Part shown: one piece after another, positions 49,256-60,920 of the stretch
Layout of the letters: every line of letters starts with the position of its first letter
Position numbering within the stretch: position 1 is the stretch's first letter
Assembly: GCA_025786725.1 (NCBI GenBank)
Contig: JAHLTZ010000033.1
Location: 62,001-126,000, forward strand
From: Syncephalis fuscata S228
Lineage: Eukaryota > Fungi > Zoopagomycota
Reading direction: 5' to 3'
Length of the DNA: 64,000 nt
The notes under the pieces: model-generated
What the model was told of the DNA's origin: nothing
Database searches by the model: none
The model's input: only the letters and a program-made list of their open reading frames with translations
Position numbers and translations under genes: made by a program

Positions 49256-51214
49256 ATGCAATACGCTAAACTTACTGCTATTTTGGTGTTGATGGCTGCT
49301 GCCAGCGCTGTTGCTGTGCCAAACTACAACGTTGAGAAGCCAGCTCCATCTGGTGGCGACTACGGTTACGGCCCAGTTGCTCCACCTACCCCAGCTGGTG
49401 ATAACACCCCTCCAACTGTCCCATCTGGTGGTGACTACGGTTACGGCCCAGTTGCTCCACCTACCCCAGCTGGTGGTAACACTCCAGTTACAGGTGGCGA
49501 CTACGGTGCTCCAGCTACTCCAGCTACTCCATCCACTCCAGCTGGTGGCAACACTCCAACCACTCCAGCTGGTGGCAACACCCCAGTTACAGGTGGCGAC
49601 TATGGTGTTCCAGCTACTCCATCTACTCCAGCTGGTGGCAACACTCCATCTACTCCAGCTGGTGGTAACACTCCAGCTGCAGGTGGCGACTACGGTACTC
49701 CAGCTACTCCATCCACTCCAGCTGGTGGCAACATCCCAGCTGGTGACTCCAAGCCACCATGCAACTCCACCACTAGTGTCCCACCAACCACCCCAGAAGG
49801 CGGTAACACTCCATCCACCCCAGCTGGTAACACCACCTACGGTGGTGAGACTCCATCTACTCCAGTCCCAGCTGGTAACACCACCACCGGTGGTGAGACT
49901 CCATCTACCGTCCCTGTCCCATGCAACACCACCACTCCAGGCGGTGAGATCGACTACGGCAAGGACAAGCCAAAGACTCCTGTTCCAAGTGGCGGTAATG
50001 AACCATACACTCCACCAACTCCAGTCACCGTGACCTCTATCGTCTCTGTCCCAGCTCCAGCTGTCACTCAGACCTGCAAGGATGTCACCATCACTGTTCC
50101 TGGCCCAACCACCACCGTGACTGTTGCTGGTCCAACCATCACTGTCCGTGTTCCTCAGCCATATGAAGTTAAGAAGCCATACCCAGTGCCAACTCGATAT
50201 GTCGTCACGGTCCCAGTCAACGTCCCACAGAACGTTACTGTCCAGGTCCCAGTCCCAACTCAGGTTATCAAGGAAGTCCAGGTCCCAGTCACCGTAGCTG
50301 TCCCCACCACTGTTGTCAAGACCGTCGAAGTTAAGGTGCCATACGCAGTACCACAGCCAACTACGGTCTATGTCACATCAGCTGTGCCACAGCCTAAGCC
50401 ATACCCAGTTGAGGTTAAGGTCAAGGTCCCAGTCACCGTCCCATACCCAGTTACCGTTTCATACCCAGTAACTCAATATTCTGAGATTAAGGTGCCATAC
50501 CCAGTGACTGTCTACCAGCCAGCTCCAGCTCCAGTTCCAGAAGGTGGTAACACTCCAGCTGGTAACGGCACTACCCCAGGCGGTCAAATCGACTTGGTGC
50601 TGATAAGCCACCATGCAACACCACTGTTGTCCCACCAACCACTCCAGAAGGCGGCAACACTCCATCCACCCCTGTGACTCCAGTCCCAGCCGGTGGTAAC
50701 ACTCCATCTGGTGACAACACCTACGGTGGCGAAATTCCTTCCGGTGAGACCAAGAAGCCATGCAACACCACCACCGATGTCCCAACCACCCCAGCTGGTG
50801 GTAACACTACAGTGACTCCAGTCCCAGCCGGTGGTAACACTCCATCTGGTGACAACACCTATGGTGGCGAAATTCCTTCCGGTGAGACCAAGAAGCCTTG
50901 CAACACCACCACCGGTGTCCCAACCACTCCAGAAGGCGGCAACACTCCAGTGACTCCAGTCCCAGCTGGTGGTAATACTCCATCCACCCCAGCTACTCCA
51001 GTGACTCCATCCACCCCAGTACTCCAGTAACCCATCCACCCCAGCTACTCCAGTGACTCCATCCACCCCAGCCGGTGGTAACACTCCTTCCGGTGAGACC
51101 AAGAAGCCATGCAACACCACAACCTACGGTGGTGCTGATGAGACTCCAAAGGGTCCAGCCCCAGTCCCAGCTGGCGAGAACAACGACAGCTACAAAACCA
51201 CTTCCAGCTACTAA
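49256..51214 (+). CDS. Secreted Pro/Gly/Thr-rich repeat protein with central Val/Pro (VPV, articulin-like) domain; frameshifts in the 3' repeats
   Basis: Signal peptide MQYAKLTAILVLMAAASAVA; TPAGGNTP and GGDYG repeats; EVKKPYPVP/VEVKVPYAVPQP block; strong codon bias; the repeats continue across frame breaks to TAA at 51212-51214. Confidence 0.85.
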
Positions 51215-51799
51215 GTAACTAGATGTGCGCAAACTGATTTCTCCCATACTTAAAGAATAGATCAGTTGTAATCATTTATTGTTTGCGCGAATGTTGCATA
51301 CGTTTTGTCTCTTGCCTTTGGCGTTGTTTAATTGTGTGAACATACTATGATGCCGTGCTCACGCTTCGCTTTCTCATAAATCCTTGATTAGCATCGTTAA
51401 AATGAATATTTTAGTAAGCAATTGTGTTATTTGTGTGCAATTTTATTTATTGTATTATTATTAATCTACATTGTCATGGACTTGTGATTGTTAAATTAGC
51501 CACATTTATTAATCTTTAAAAACCAATTAATGTTTATTTTGGTGCAAATGGTCAATTAGTATTATTAGTCTTTAATCGTTATTGTACACTATTTTGCTAA
51601 ATATTACATTTATGCATTAATAAATGGTTATCTTTTGTTTTTATTCGTGACTTAGCCAGTTGACACATGAGCTATTGCTTTATTTTTTAAAGTGTGCTAA
51701 TATTGCTTATTGCTTTCCATAGCACAGATGGACCAACGTTTAATAACAATAATGATAATCTTTTATTCATCTATTTAATTTATTAAATAAATTAAATTT

Positions 51800-52445
51800 T
51801 ACGTTAATTTTCTTGTTTTGAGTCTCTAAAGCAGATTTGTTTCAACTGAGGTTATGCTGTTGTTATACGCAACATAGTTATATTACTTTCTATTAAAATA
51901 TTGTTAATATATTGATTTAAATAAATAATGTAACATACCATTTGATTCCATTGAAACATTTGAGGTTGATCATTGTTGTTGTTGGTCATGTGTAGAAAGA
52001 TTGATGGAATATTAATAAAAGCCATATAATTGCAATTCCATCTCATTCCACATTTGTTGTTATTGCATCTATGTACAGCATGGATTATTGCATCTGAATA
52101 ATCTTTTCTATTTTCTAATATTCTACTATTGCATGTTGGGCATATTTGTGATGTAAGATCAATATCAATAGTATTAGTATAAAAGCTGTTTATTAAACAG
52201 CCACTTTTTCTATAATCAATCTGACTAAATAAATGATAATATATATTAAAGCAATAATAGAGATAACTAATTACATTACATTATTGTACCGATAACTAAA
52301 CATTAATTAATTAATGTTAGATGCAATATTATACATGGTGTAGTGATGAATGGATGTTTAATTGCGTTTAAAAGTATTAAGAAAAAGATGGTGAAATGGA
52401 TAAATAAAAGATATAAGAGTCAAAGTACAATTTAACCAAACAATA
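51800..52445 (-). mobile_element. Decayed Fanzor (eukaryotic TnpB) transposon remnant, copy 1
   Basis: Minus frame IDIDLTSQICPTCNSRIL...IHAVHRCNNNKCGMRWNCNYMAFINIPSIFLHMTNNNNDQPQMF fits the Fanzor1 (DEYxTSQ, CxxC, CxxxxC, WNRD) C-terminus. End motif GAGTCAAAGTAC at 52417-52428. Homologous to 60917-61665. Confidence 0.8.
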
Positions 52446-53024
52446 AACGTTTCAATCTATAAATCCATATATTACAGCTGCTAAAATAACTTGTTTAACT
52501 GCAAAGTGTGTCTCTTTTATTCGGGTAGTTTAGATATAGCAACACATGCCACCTAAATGCCCATACTGCACGCGATGTTTATCAGCTAGATAGACATAGA
52601 CATCACATGCCATGTCATATGCCATGCTTCTGAAGGATATCTTAAGTATGACTATGGGTGGAAAATCAAGTTTTTGCATGTGTGCTGTACGCGTGTTTCA
52701 AAAGTACAATGGCTTTCAGCCAAGGCACATTGTTAATTATGCACATGCTGGTTACACGTCCTTAACCAACAGACATATCGTCACAGGTTATCCTTCAAAC
52801 TGTACAACCGTATGTGCATGTTAATCACAACCTGCATTTATAACAGAATATGCCTAACGCCATGCCACTGCTATAAAACGTCAATGACATTAACATCTTT
52901 TGCTGCTCATTATCATTTCAACTTTGAACACCGCTGATTGCTGGGCGATCTATACTTTCTCTCTACTCGATACCACACTGTCTGTACTACTTTGTTTATT
53001 TGCTGTATTCAACTCTGTGCCAAT

Positions 53025-54474
53025 ATGAATGCCTATCGTATAAGTGCTCTGGTAGCCATTCTACTCGCTGCGTCTGCTGTAGCCAGACCAACAATTAATC
53101 TAACACCAAGACATTACAGCGAATCTGAAGCACCACCGACGAGCTATCCCGTTGCATTGCCTGATGATTCAACTACTGGCGGTTCCGCACCACCCAATAC
53201 TCCGGCTCCTACAGCTGACACGGCCGCATTTGGATCATGCGGCGAATCCAAGCATGGAGATATGTCCTGCGAAGGAAGCGATTACAAGCAGTGCGACAAT
53301 GGTAACTGGATAATTCGCAAATGTTCGCTGGGTACCACTTGTCAGAAAATTAATGAGGGGGCTTACTGCATTAATGCACCAAACAATTCCACCATATCAC
53401 CTATGCCAAATACATCGAATGATACAAGCGCTGGCAATCAGTCTATACCAGAAACACATACTCCTTTGGAAAAGGGTATTGATTGCGAAGATCAGGTGCC
53501 TGTCCCACCAACCCATGGTGATGAAGCTCCAGCATCATCAACACCAACTACCAATACTACTGTTCCTTTAACTGGCAATGAAGCTCCATCGGCGCCTGCT
53601 ACAAATGAAACCGCTTCGGCTCCTGTATCGCCCATTAGCTATACTGAATCTCCACCACCAACAACAACTACAAATAGCACTATCCCAGTGCCATGCACAT
53701 GTACTGGAACACCAACGCCAGTAGCTCCACCTCCGGCACCGACTCCTTGTGGAGGTGTAGCTCCATCCACCTATACTCCACCACCGGCCCCGACTCCTTG
53801 TGGAGGTGTGGCTCCATCCACCTATACTCCACCCACCCGAGGGCCCCCACCGGACTCCAGCTCCGTGCGGTGGAATGCACGCTCCATCCACAAGTAACAA
53901 CACATCTATTCCTGCCCCAACAGTAAGTAGCCCTGCTTCAGCACCTTATGGTCAAGCTCCCCCTTTGACAGTTAGTGGCAGCGAGGCCCCAGCAACTGCT
54001 ACTCCGGATACTCCTGCGTCAGTGCCTTATGGTCAAGCCCCCCCTCCAACAACTAGTGGCAATGAAGCTCCAGCAAATGCTACTCTGGATACTCCTGCTT
54101 CAGTACCTTATCATCAAGCTCTCCCTCCAACAACCAGTGGCAATGAAGCTCCAGCAATTGTTACTCCAGATACTCCTGCTTCAGTGCCTTTTGGTCAAGC
54201 TCCCCCTTCAACAACTAGCGGCAGTGAAGCCCCAGCAACTGCTACTCCAAGCAGTCCGGCTCCACCTCTTCCTTCAGGTCCAGTAAATTCGGCTCCATAT
54301 GGTGCGGCTCCTGCTCCAATAAACCCAGACTCTAGTTCCACGCCTGCTCCTGCGCCTGCTCCACCTGCGCCCACTTCTACACCAGAAGACGATAAAAACA
54401 ACATTACGTATCCTGGAGTTTCCGCAATAGAGGATGATTTTGACCCAACTTCAACCTCTGACACGCCATCATAG
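53025..54474 (+). CDS. Secreted mucin-like protein with CBM19-like chitin-binding module; frameshift near 53830
   Basis: Signal peptide MNAYRISALVAILLAASAVA; CGESKHGDMSCEGSDYKQCDNGNWIIRKCSLGTTC; then P/T/S repeats (PPPAPTPCGGVAPSTYT; ASVPYGQAPP..TSGNEAPA). Confidence 0.8.
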
Positions 54475-54636
54475 TATTTGCGTTATAATACATAGCAAAT
54501 GAAATCCAACATTGTTACATTATTAAAAAATTATTATTTTTATTAATAAACATGCTTTATGATAATAATACTTGGTGCCATTCGGCATCTATTTTAATAC
54601 ATATTCTATGATAATGAATAGATTTAAATAAATTAA

Positions 54637-55502
54637 CTTTTATTATTTCCCACTCCATTTATTAATTAAACTCATCTGTTTATAAATATTGACTGACAGG
54701 TTTTACAGTTACAATCTACGTCAGTACATTTCCTTTCTTTTTCTTCACACTTGATAACATATATCCATTACATACACTTGTACACTTCATATATGTTACA
54801 TATATAGTATTAGTAGTTGACTGATCACTAGTCAAGTACAAACACTATTTACACTATGCACTTGCATTGCTCTTTTGTAATCTGACCTTTTTACAAAGCA
54901 TCTTTTCACTTCAATCATTGATATTGGCATCTTTATTGACATGTTAAGTGCATTTCTGGCTTTGTTTATGCTATGTTGAATATGCGCCGTGCAAATCTCG
55001 TTGCATGCTTTGTTTTGCTATGGGTCGCCATTACAGGTCATCTGACAACAGCTTTGCAATCTCAACAAGGGCAGTGTGGTTTGCTACTGTCGAGACGGTA
55101 CAGACTGCTGTTAGCACGATTTATAGTGGCAATCTATAGCAAAACTAAAGCATACAATGACTTTGGCAACATGGTTGCTGTATTAACTGTATGTCCTGTT
55201 CCCTCTCCACCGATTGTCTTATTCTTTGCTCTGTCCAACTCTTGAACAATCTCACTCATCAGTACTTCTTTCTAAGCATTGTTGTTTTTAAGGCGCTATA
55301 TTAGTCTTTTTGTTCTTACACTGCTTTTCCTGATCCAATATTGTGACTGGTGCCAGTGTTTATGATGGATTGTTGCAGGTTATTCTTTTGCAACATATCC
55401 TACTAGTTTATATTGGAAACGCATCACTTTTTATTTATCAAACAAACATTGCTATGTTTTTATTCAATAAAACATGCCCAACAAGCATAAACAAAATCAT
55501 AC
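54637..55502 (+). repeat. ~865-bp dispersed repeat (inverted copy at 35058-35921; diverged paralog at ~60060-60920); decayed multi-TM gene
   Basis: Starts near TATAAATATTGACTGACAGG; hydrophobic frames interrupted by stops. Confidence 0.9.
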
Positions 55503-56581
55503 AATTTACCGTGTATTTATGGCGTACATTCCAAAAAGACTGTTTTACACTTATCGTCAAATGAAATGCCATGTTTTTATTCAGTTGCTTAGTAATCTAC
55601 CTCATTCTATCTGTTCATCGCTAAGCTATTACTCTTACAATTGTTTGGCCGTGTAGATTCAAAAGTAAACATTACATTATCTGCTATAATCATACTATTA
55701 TACTTTGATTCAAACAATAGAAGCTTTTAAAATAAATTAAACTTAACACATAATAAAATAAAACTAATAAACAGCATCATAACCATTATACTTATGCTCT
55801 ATATCCTATCCACTATGGTAATGCCATTCTATCCTAGTCAAACATAGTGATTTTAATGACAAAGCTAAACAACTGTGATTTCAAAAGTTAAAAACAATGA
55901 TCATTTTCAATAAAATATCTTATCGTAATGCTACCATTTTGATGTTATGTTTGTATTGCTATGACGATGTGACTATTGGATAAACCGTGTTATTAAACTA
56001 ATTGTTAACATCGTATGTGAATGGACAATAATATATATATCAAATATCGATAGCAATTAATAACAATAAAAACAGCAACTACGATCATATGATCAATAAA
56101 TACTTGCTAGTTGTAAATGTGTGAGCAATCGTATTAAATAATACACTGTGTTAATGGTGCAGTACAGAACATCCAAGTATATATCACTGACATTATTATT
56201 TATTTGTGACATTTATTTATAAATGATAATCCATTGCTATTCTGCATTATTTTGTTCATTAAAAGCAATAAACTAAATACAATGCTGTTGAGTTTATGAC
56301 ATTTTAAACTTGTCTAAACTAATCACTTATAATGCGCTAAAGTCATTAGACAAACAAATAATCAATTTGCGCTAATAGTGCCAACATCAACAGCAATTTT
56401 TTTCAAAATAGATTATGCTATTTGATTGTATCGACATTAACAATGACAACCTTTTAAATATAAACTGCTTAGTCTGATCTAACATTCACGAGTAAATTAG
56501 TAAACTAAAGACGATGGACTGTAATAAAATAACTTTTATTAATTAAAACTCTTGATGCTGGTCTAGTTCTAATGTTATCCA

Positions 56582-57097
56582 TTATTCTATTTCAATTGTA
56601 GGTCGTGCTTGTTTAGCATTTTGGGAGGTCTTTGGCAGTTTAACATTGCGACCAAAGTTTTGTGTCCAGTAAGCTCGACCGCTGCTGTCTAAAGCCATGC
56701 CACTGCCGAAATGCGTAGCATCGCTTAGTAGATTATTGGTAGAATTAGATGAGTTGACCCAGTCGTCCATGACCTGCTCCATTGATGTCTGCCCGCCTGC
56801 AATATTTTCGCTTACACTATCCCATTCACCGCCACCGGCGGAACAGCGCTGCATTAAACCAGGCTCACCGGGAAATGAATGACCAATTTGCTTATTGTGG
56901 GCTTGAATTTTACTATGACCTTGTGCAGCTTTGTTTAGGCCGACATAAAGTGCCAATGGTGAAAGATTATATTTGGCGCGAACTTTGTTGACTAGGCAAA
57001 GCATCTTTGTTGGATCAAAGCTAACCGGACCGGCGCTTACTTCGATCGCGCTAGCGACGAACGCAGTAATCATAACAAGAGTAGTGAGCAATTGCAT
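56582..57097 (-). CDS. Secreted CAP/SCP-domain protein (bacterial YkwD-type CAP), intact copy, intronless
   Basis: Signal MQLLTTLVMITAFVASAIEVSA; MLCLVNKVRAKYNLSPL...LNKAAQGHS...GHS...SENIAGG...VMDDWVNS...HFGSG...YWTQNFG. Confidence 0.9.
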   Translation of the reverse strand: MQLLTTLVMITAFVASAIEVSAGPVSFDPTKMLCLVNKVRAKYNLSPLALYVGLNKAAQGHSKIQAHNKQIGHSFPGEPGLMQRCSAGGGEWDSVSENIAGGQTSMEQVMDDWVNSSNSTNNLLSDATHFGSGMALDSSGRAYWTQNFGRNVKLPKTSQNAKQARPTIEIE

Positions 57098-58645
57098 AAT
57101 GAGAATGTTCGTGGGGTGCAAGTTGTGTGTAACAATTCGTGCGTTTAGTTGATTGATCGACTAACTGCAATCAATGAAGTAAAGGTACTGGAGTAATTTG
57201 TTGCAGAAGCTGTTCCTTTGAAATGCTGGATCAACCATCGACCATACAGATCGCCGAATATTTATATTCAGTATCATATTGACAGATGCTAAGATGTGTT
57301 TCATAAGCATAACCATGGCCAAGGGTGTTTTTTAGGTCTTGAATGATGGAATAAACAACATCCCCAAGCACACCATGCTAAAACATACCTGTCCTTAATG
57401 GCTCTTACTTTGATGTTTCATGTAGTCAACCAACTATCCCATTGTTATCAAAATCGCACCTTCTATACATCATGTCGCTACAATTTGTCAACTATACTTG
57501 TATGCTATAAATTGTTTTTATTCTTAGAAATAGTGATTTTGTTAACAAATATACCAGCACACCGATTAATGTGCTATATTGCAGAACTGATTTTACTGAT
57601 TATAGCACACTGCATGTTCCATATTCTTGCATGATACAAGTTTGTGCTTGCTTTATTGCATCAAAGTTTTGACCCAACCTTTGCGGTACTGGTTTGAATT
57701 TCATGCATTGCTGTATTACCAATTATAATCTGTGATTTCATTGCACCAGTGATAAGGCCAAGACCCGTGCAAACATTCCGATTGTTTGGTACAATATTGC
57801 TATAACTTGATGATATTGTTTAATGACAGTCGTACTTATTATGTATATATCGGTTCAAGGCGTTGTAGTAGACCAGCAGGCAAATGATTGGATAATAAAC
57901 CAATGCTGCTATAAATACGAACGCTTCACATGCAATGCAAACACAATGCTGCTATCAACTACAGCGAATCCAATTGTTATAACATGCCAAACTTGAACAT
58001 CAAATTGACAAAACGTGCTAATGTTTCAATTTTTGTCTACAATTTGCCTGCTGATAAAACCATATTGCATAATTTATCGTATTGTAGGCATAAACCACGG
58101 CTATACAAGTAGTAGAGATAAATGATTTATTGATACTTGTGCTGGAGAACTAACGAAAAAACCTTACTTGCATTACCGAGAATAATAAAAAAAAATAGTC
58201 TTAAACATATCATCGATAGTGCCGCCAAAAACTTCAATCGATACGCTTCTGTCATAAAGTATCTATATTTAATAGCTGCACTGTCAATATTCTATTTACA
58301 CATTGTGCTCATCGTTAATATCAAACAGCTTTTGACAGTTGGCAATCAAATCGGCAATACTCAACTGCAAACAGAAATGCCAGCAGCACATTCAACTGTA
58401 GATCCTCATTCAAATAATAGCTACACTGGTAATGTTAATGTTTTGGCACAATGTGTAATAGCATGAGCATTGTAAAATGACAGTATCGGTTATTGTTACT
58501 ACAGATGGACATTATAAAATTTAGTATTTAATATTTCTAATAACTATGCATCCTAACTTGTAATATTTGTTATTTCTAATGGCTATGGCAAACTCGAAAT
58601 GTGCCATTTGTGTTTTTAATACCTATTACCATCATAAAATGTGAA

Positions 58646-59481
58646 TTAAAAACAATAGCAATTGTTTAATTAATAAAATGCTAAAGCTACGTATAACTTT
58701 ACGTACAATAAAGCAAATTGCTTGATATTTTGCACAAGTATGCGTATAACATGTAAGTAGCTACTGGCAAAGTATACCGTTATTGTATTGTGTGATGGGG
58801 TAGTAGCTGCGATAATACACTAATAAATGTGCAAAAATGGCAGTTTTTAGTCATTTATGACTTGTATAAACAAAATACAGCAAAATGATTGCCAGATTCG
58901 AGTTCCCCGTGCTTGGCTGTATCGTTTGGTATGACTTATAGAGCAATTATTTTTTGCAAAAAATGTTAGCCAAAAATACGATTTACGCGTAAATAGTTAA
59001 CAAAAATTTAAGCTATATGTATATCAATAGCATAGATTACCACTGTATATCGGTATTTGTTTATATTAACTTGTTGTTATGATTGTTATAGTATTGTAAG
59101 TTTTAAATTTATTTAATTTAATTTAATTTTTGCTATTAATTTCTAAAATCATATAGTTTAATTATCTTTTTCAAATTCAAATATTTACGTAAATCGTATT
59201 TTTGGCTAACATTTTTTGCAAAAAATAATTGCTCTATAAGTCATACCAAACAATACAGCCAAGCACGGGGAACTCGAATCTGGCAATCATTTTGCTGTAT
59301 TTTGTTTATACAAGTCATAAATGACTAAAAACTGCTATTTTTGCACATTTATTAGTGTATTATCGCAGCTACTACCCCATCACACAATACAATAACGGTA
59401 TACTTTGCCATAGCTACTACATGTTATACGCATATCTGTGCAAAATATCAACAATTTGCTTTATTGTACATGAAATTATAC
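58646..59481. mobile_element. Second copy of the foldback inverted repeat; right arm truncated at its outer end
   Basis: Same arms and spacer as 12136-13012; right-arm homology stops near 59481. Confidence 0.8.
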
Positions 59482-60059
59482 TTAGTATCGTTACAACACC
59501 AGTAATGTATGATGTAACGTTGATTAAGCAATCAGGGGAAGAAAGGAAACCAAACAATGTAATTTATTCAAATATTATATAATAATTCAATAAAGTAATT
59601 GCTATAAATATTATGTAACTTTAACATTTAATGGCAGCTCAAATCAGTAGAGTTATAACAGAAGCTGCAATTGTATAATTATGACAATAAGCTAAAATAA
59701 GTTGAAAATAATTATATTTATATTTATTGTAATTTGGCCAACAATATTACGTATTTATAATATTGCCGGAGCTCTAATGAAAGCCACATAGCATATAATA
59801 TGTTACAACAGTGAATGTTAGTCACAATAAATGCAACAAAGCTTAATTAAAATTCCGTTGATTCATGTAATTTAGCAAATAATAACAGTATTTTAGCGCT
59901 CTACTAATTAATCTATTACTTTTAACTTAAATACCGCTGTATTTTATCATTTAACTACATTAAAATCGCATTTTACTAATATTGTATACTGCTATAGCAT
60001 TGACGCGTTATTTCCCGTTTAAATCTGTAAAATAACATTATTTATATTTATTTATTAAT

Positions 60060-60920
60060 AAATTAAACTTGGCTGTTTATAAATATTGACTGACAGGGAC
60101 CACATCTCACAATCTACGCCATCACATTTTTCTTTTTTTTCTTTACACTTGATAGCATATATCCATTGCATATACTTGTACACTCCATATATGTTACATA
60201 GATAGTATTAGTAGTTAGTCAACTACTAGTCGAGTACAAACACTATTTACACATGCCCTTGCATTGCTCTTTTGTAATCTTACCTTTTTACAAATCACTT
60301 TCACCACTCTGATCATTAGTATTAATACTTTCGTTGACATAGTAATTGCATCTTTGACTTTGTTTTGTCACAGATCAGTGCAGATATATACGCTATTACT
60401 TCTGCATCGATTGCTTTCTTTTGCTCTTCTCCAATATTAAATAAGTTTACTTATAAATACTTTTTTTAATTTATAGTCAGTAAAAGTTATATAACTACAT
60501 TATTTCGAGCCAACACTATGACTATCACCAAAGTTCATGACTGGCTGTTGGCTAAACATCTACTAACTACATATTTTACTAGTCTACATTTTAACTGCGC
60601 ATTATTTTCAATATTTTATACTAATATCTCTGTGTTCTTTAAATACAACGATGATATTATACAAATAGTCATGTACATGTCTATCATCAGCTACCTGAAA
60701 ATGGCACTGACAGCTAATGCAAAATTATTTGCGTGACTGGTATTGCCACGCAATAATATTTTTGCTTTTTGTCACAAACTATTCGCCTTTTTGCTCAGCT
60801 GTCACTCTTACTGCCGCTCTTGCGTAGAGATTCAAAGTAAGCTACTAATATTTTTGTTTGTACTCATATTGCTTTATTGTAAATAATAAATGCTTTTTAA
60901 AAACTATTGGGCTTAATACA
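60060..60920 (+). pseudogene. Diverged third member of the 54637/35058 multi-TM pseudogene family
   Basis: Shares TTTATAAATATTGACTGACAGG, ATATATCCATT.CATA.ACTTGTACACT, GCATTGCTCTTTTGTAATCT and a 3' ACTCTTAC...AGATTCAAA block with 54670-55760. Confidence 0.65.

Larger units (their letters stand above)
56173..59481 (+). repeat. ~3.3-kb segmental duplication, copy 2
   Basis: Direct near-identical match to 9680-12967. Confidence 0.95.

Noticed and set aside
49340-51130. CRISPR-like periodic repeats
   Set aside because: They are codon-phased protein repeats without unique spacers, and the genome is eukaryotic.
55699-55711. TACTTTGATTC resembling the Fanzor TIR core
   Set aside because: It aligns with the 3' region of the multi-TM pseudogene family and has no partner end or Fanzor sequence.
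56172-59486. Helitron interpretation of the 3.3-kb duplication
   Set aside because: The 5' TC is present in only one copy, there is no CTRR end with a short terminal hairpin, and no RepHel coding.
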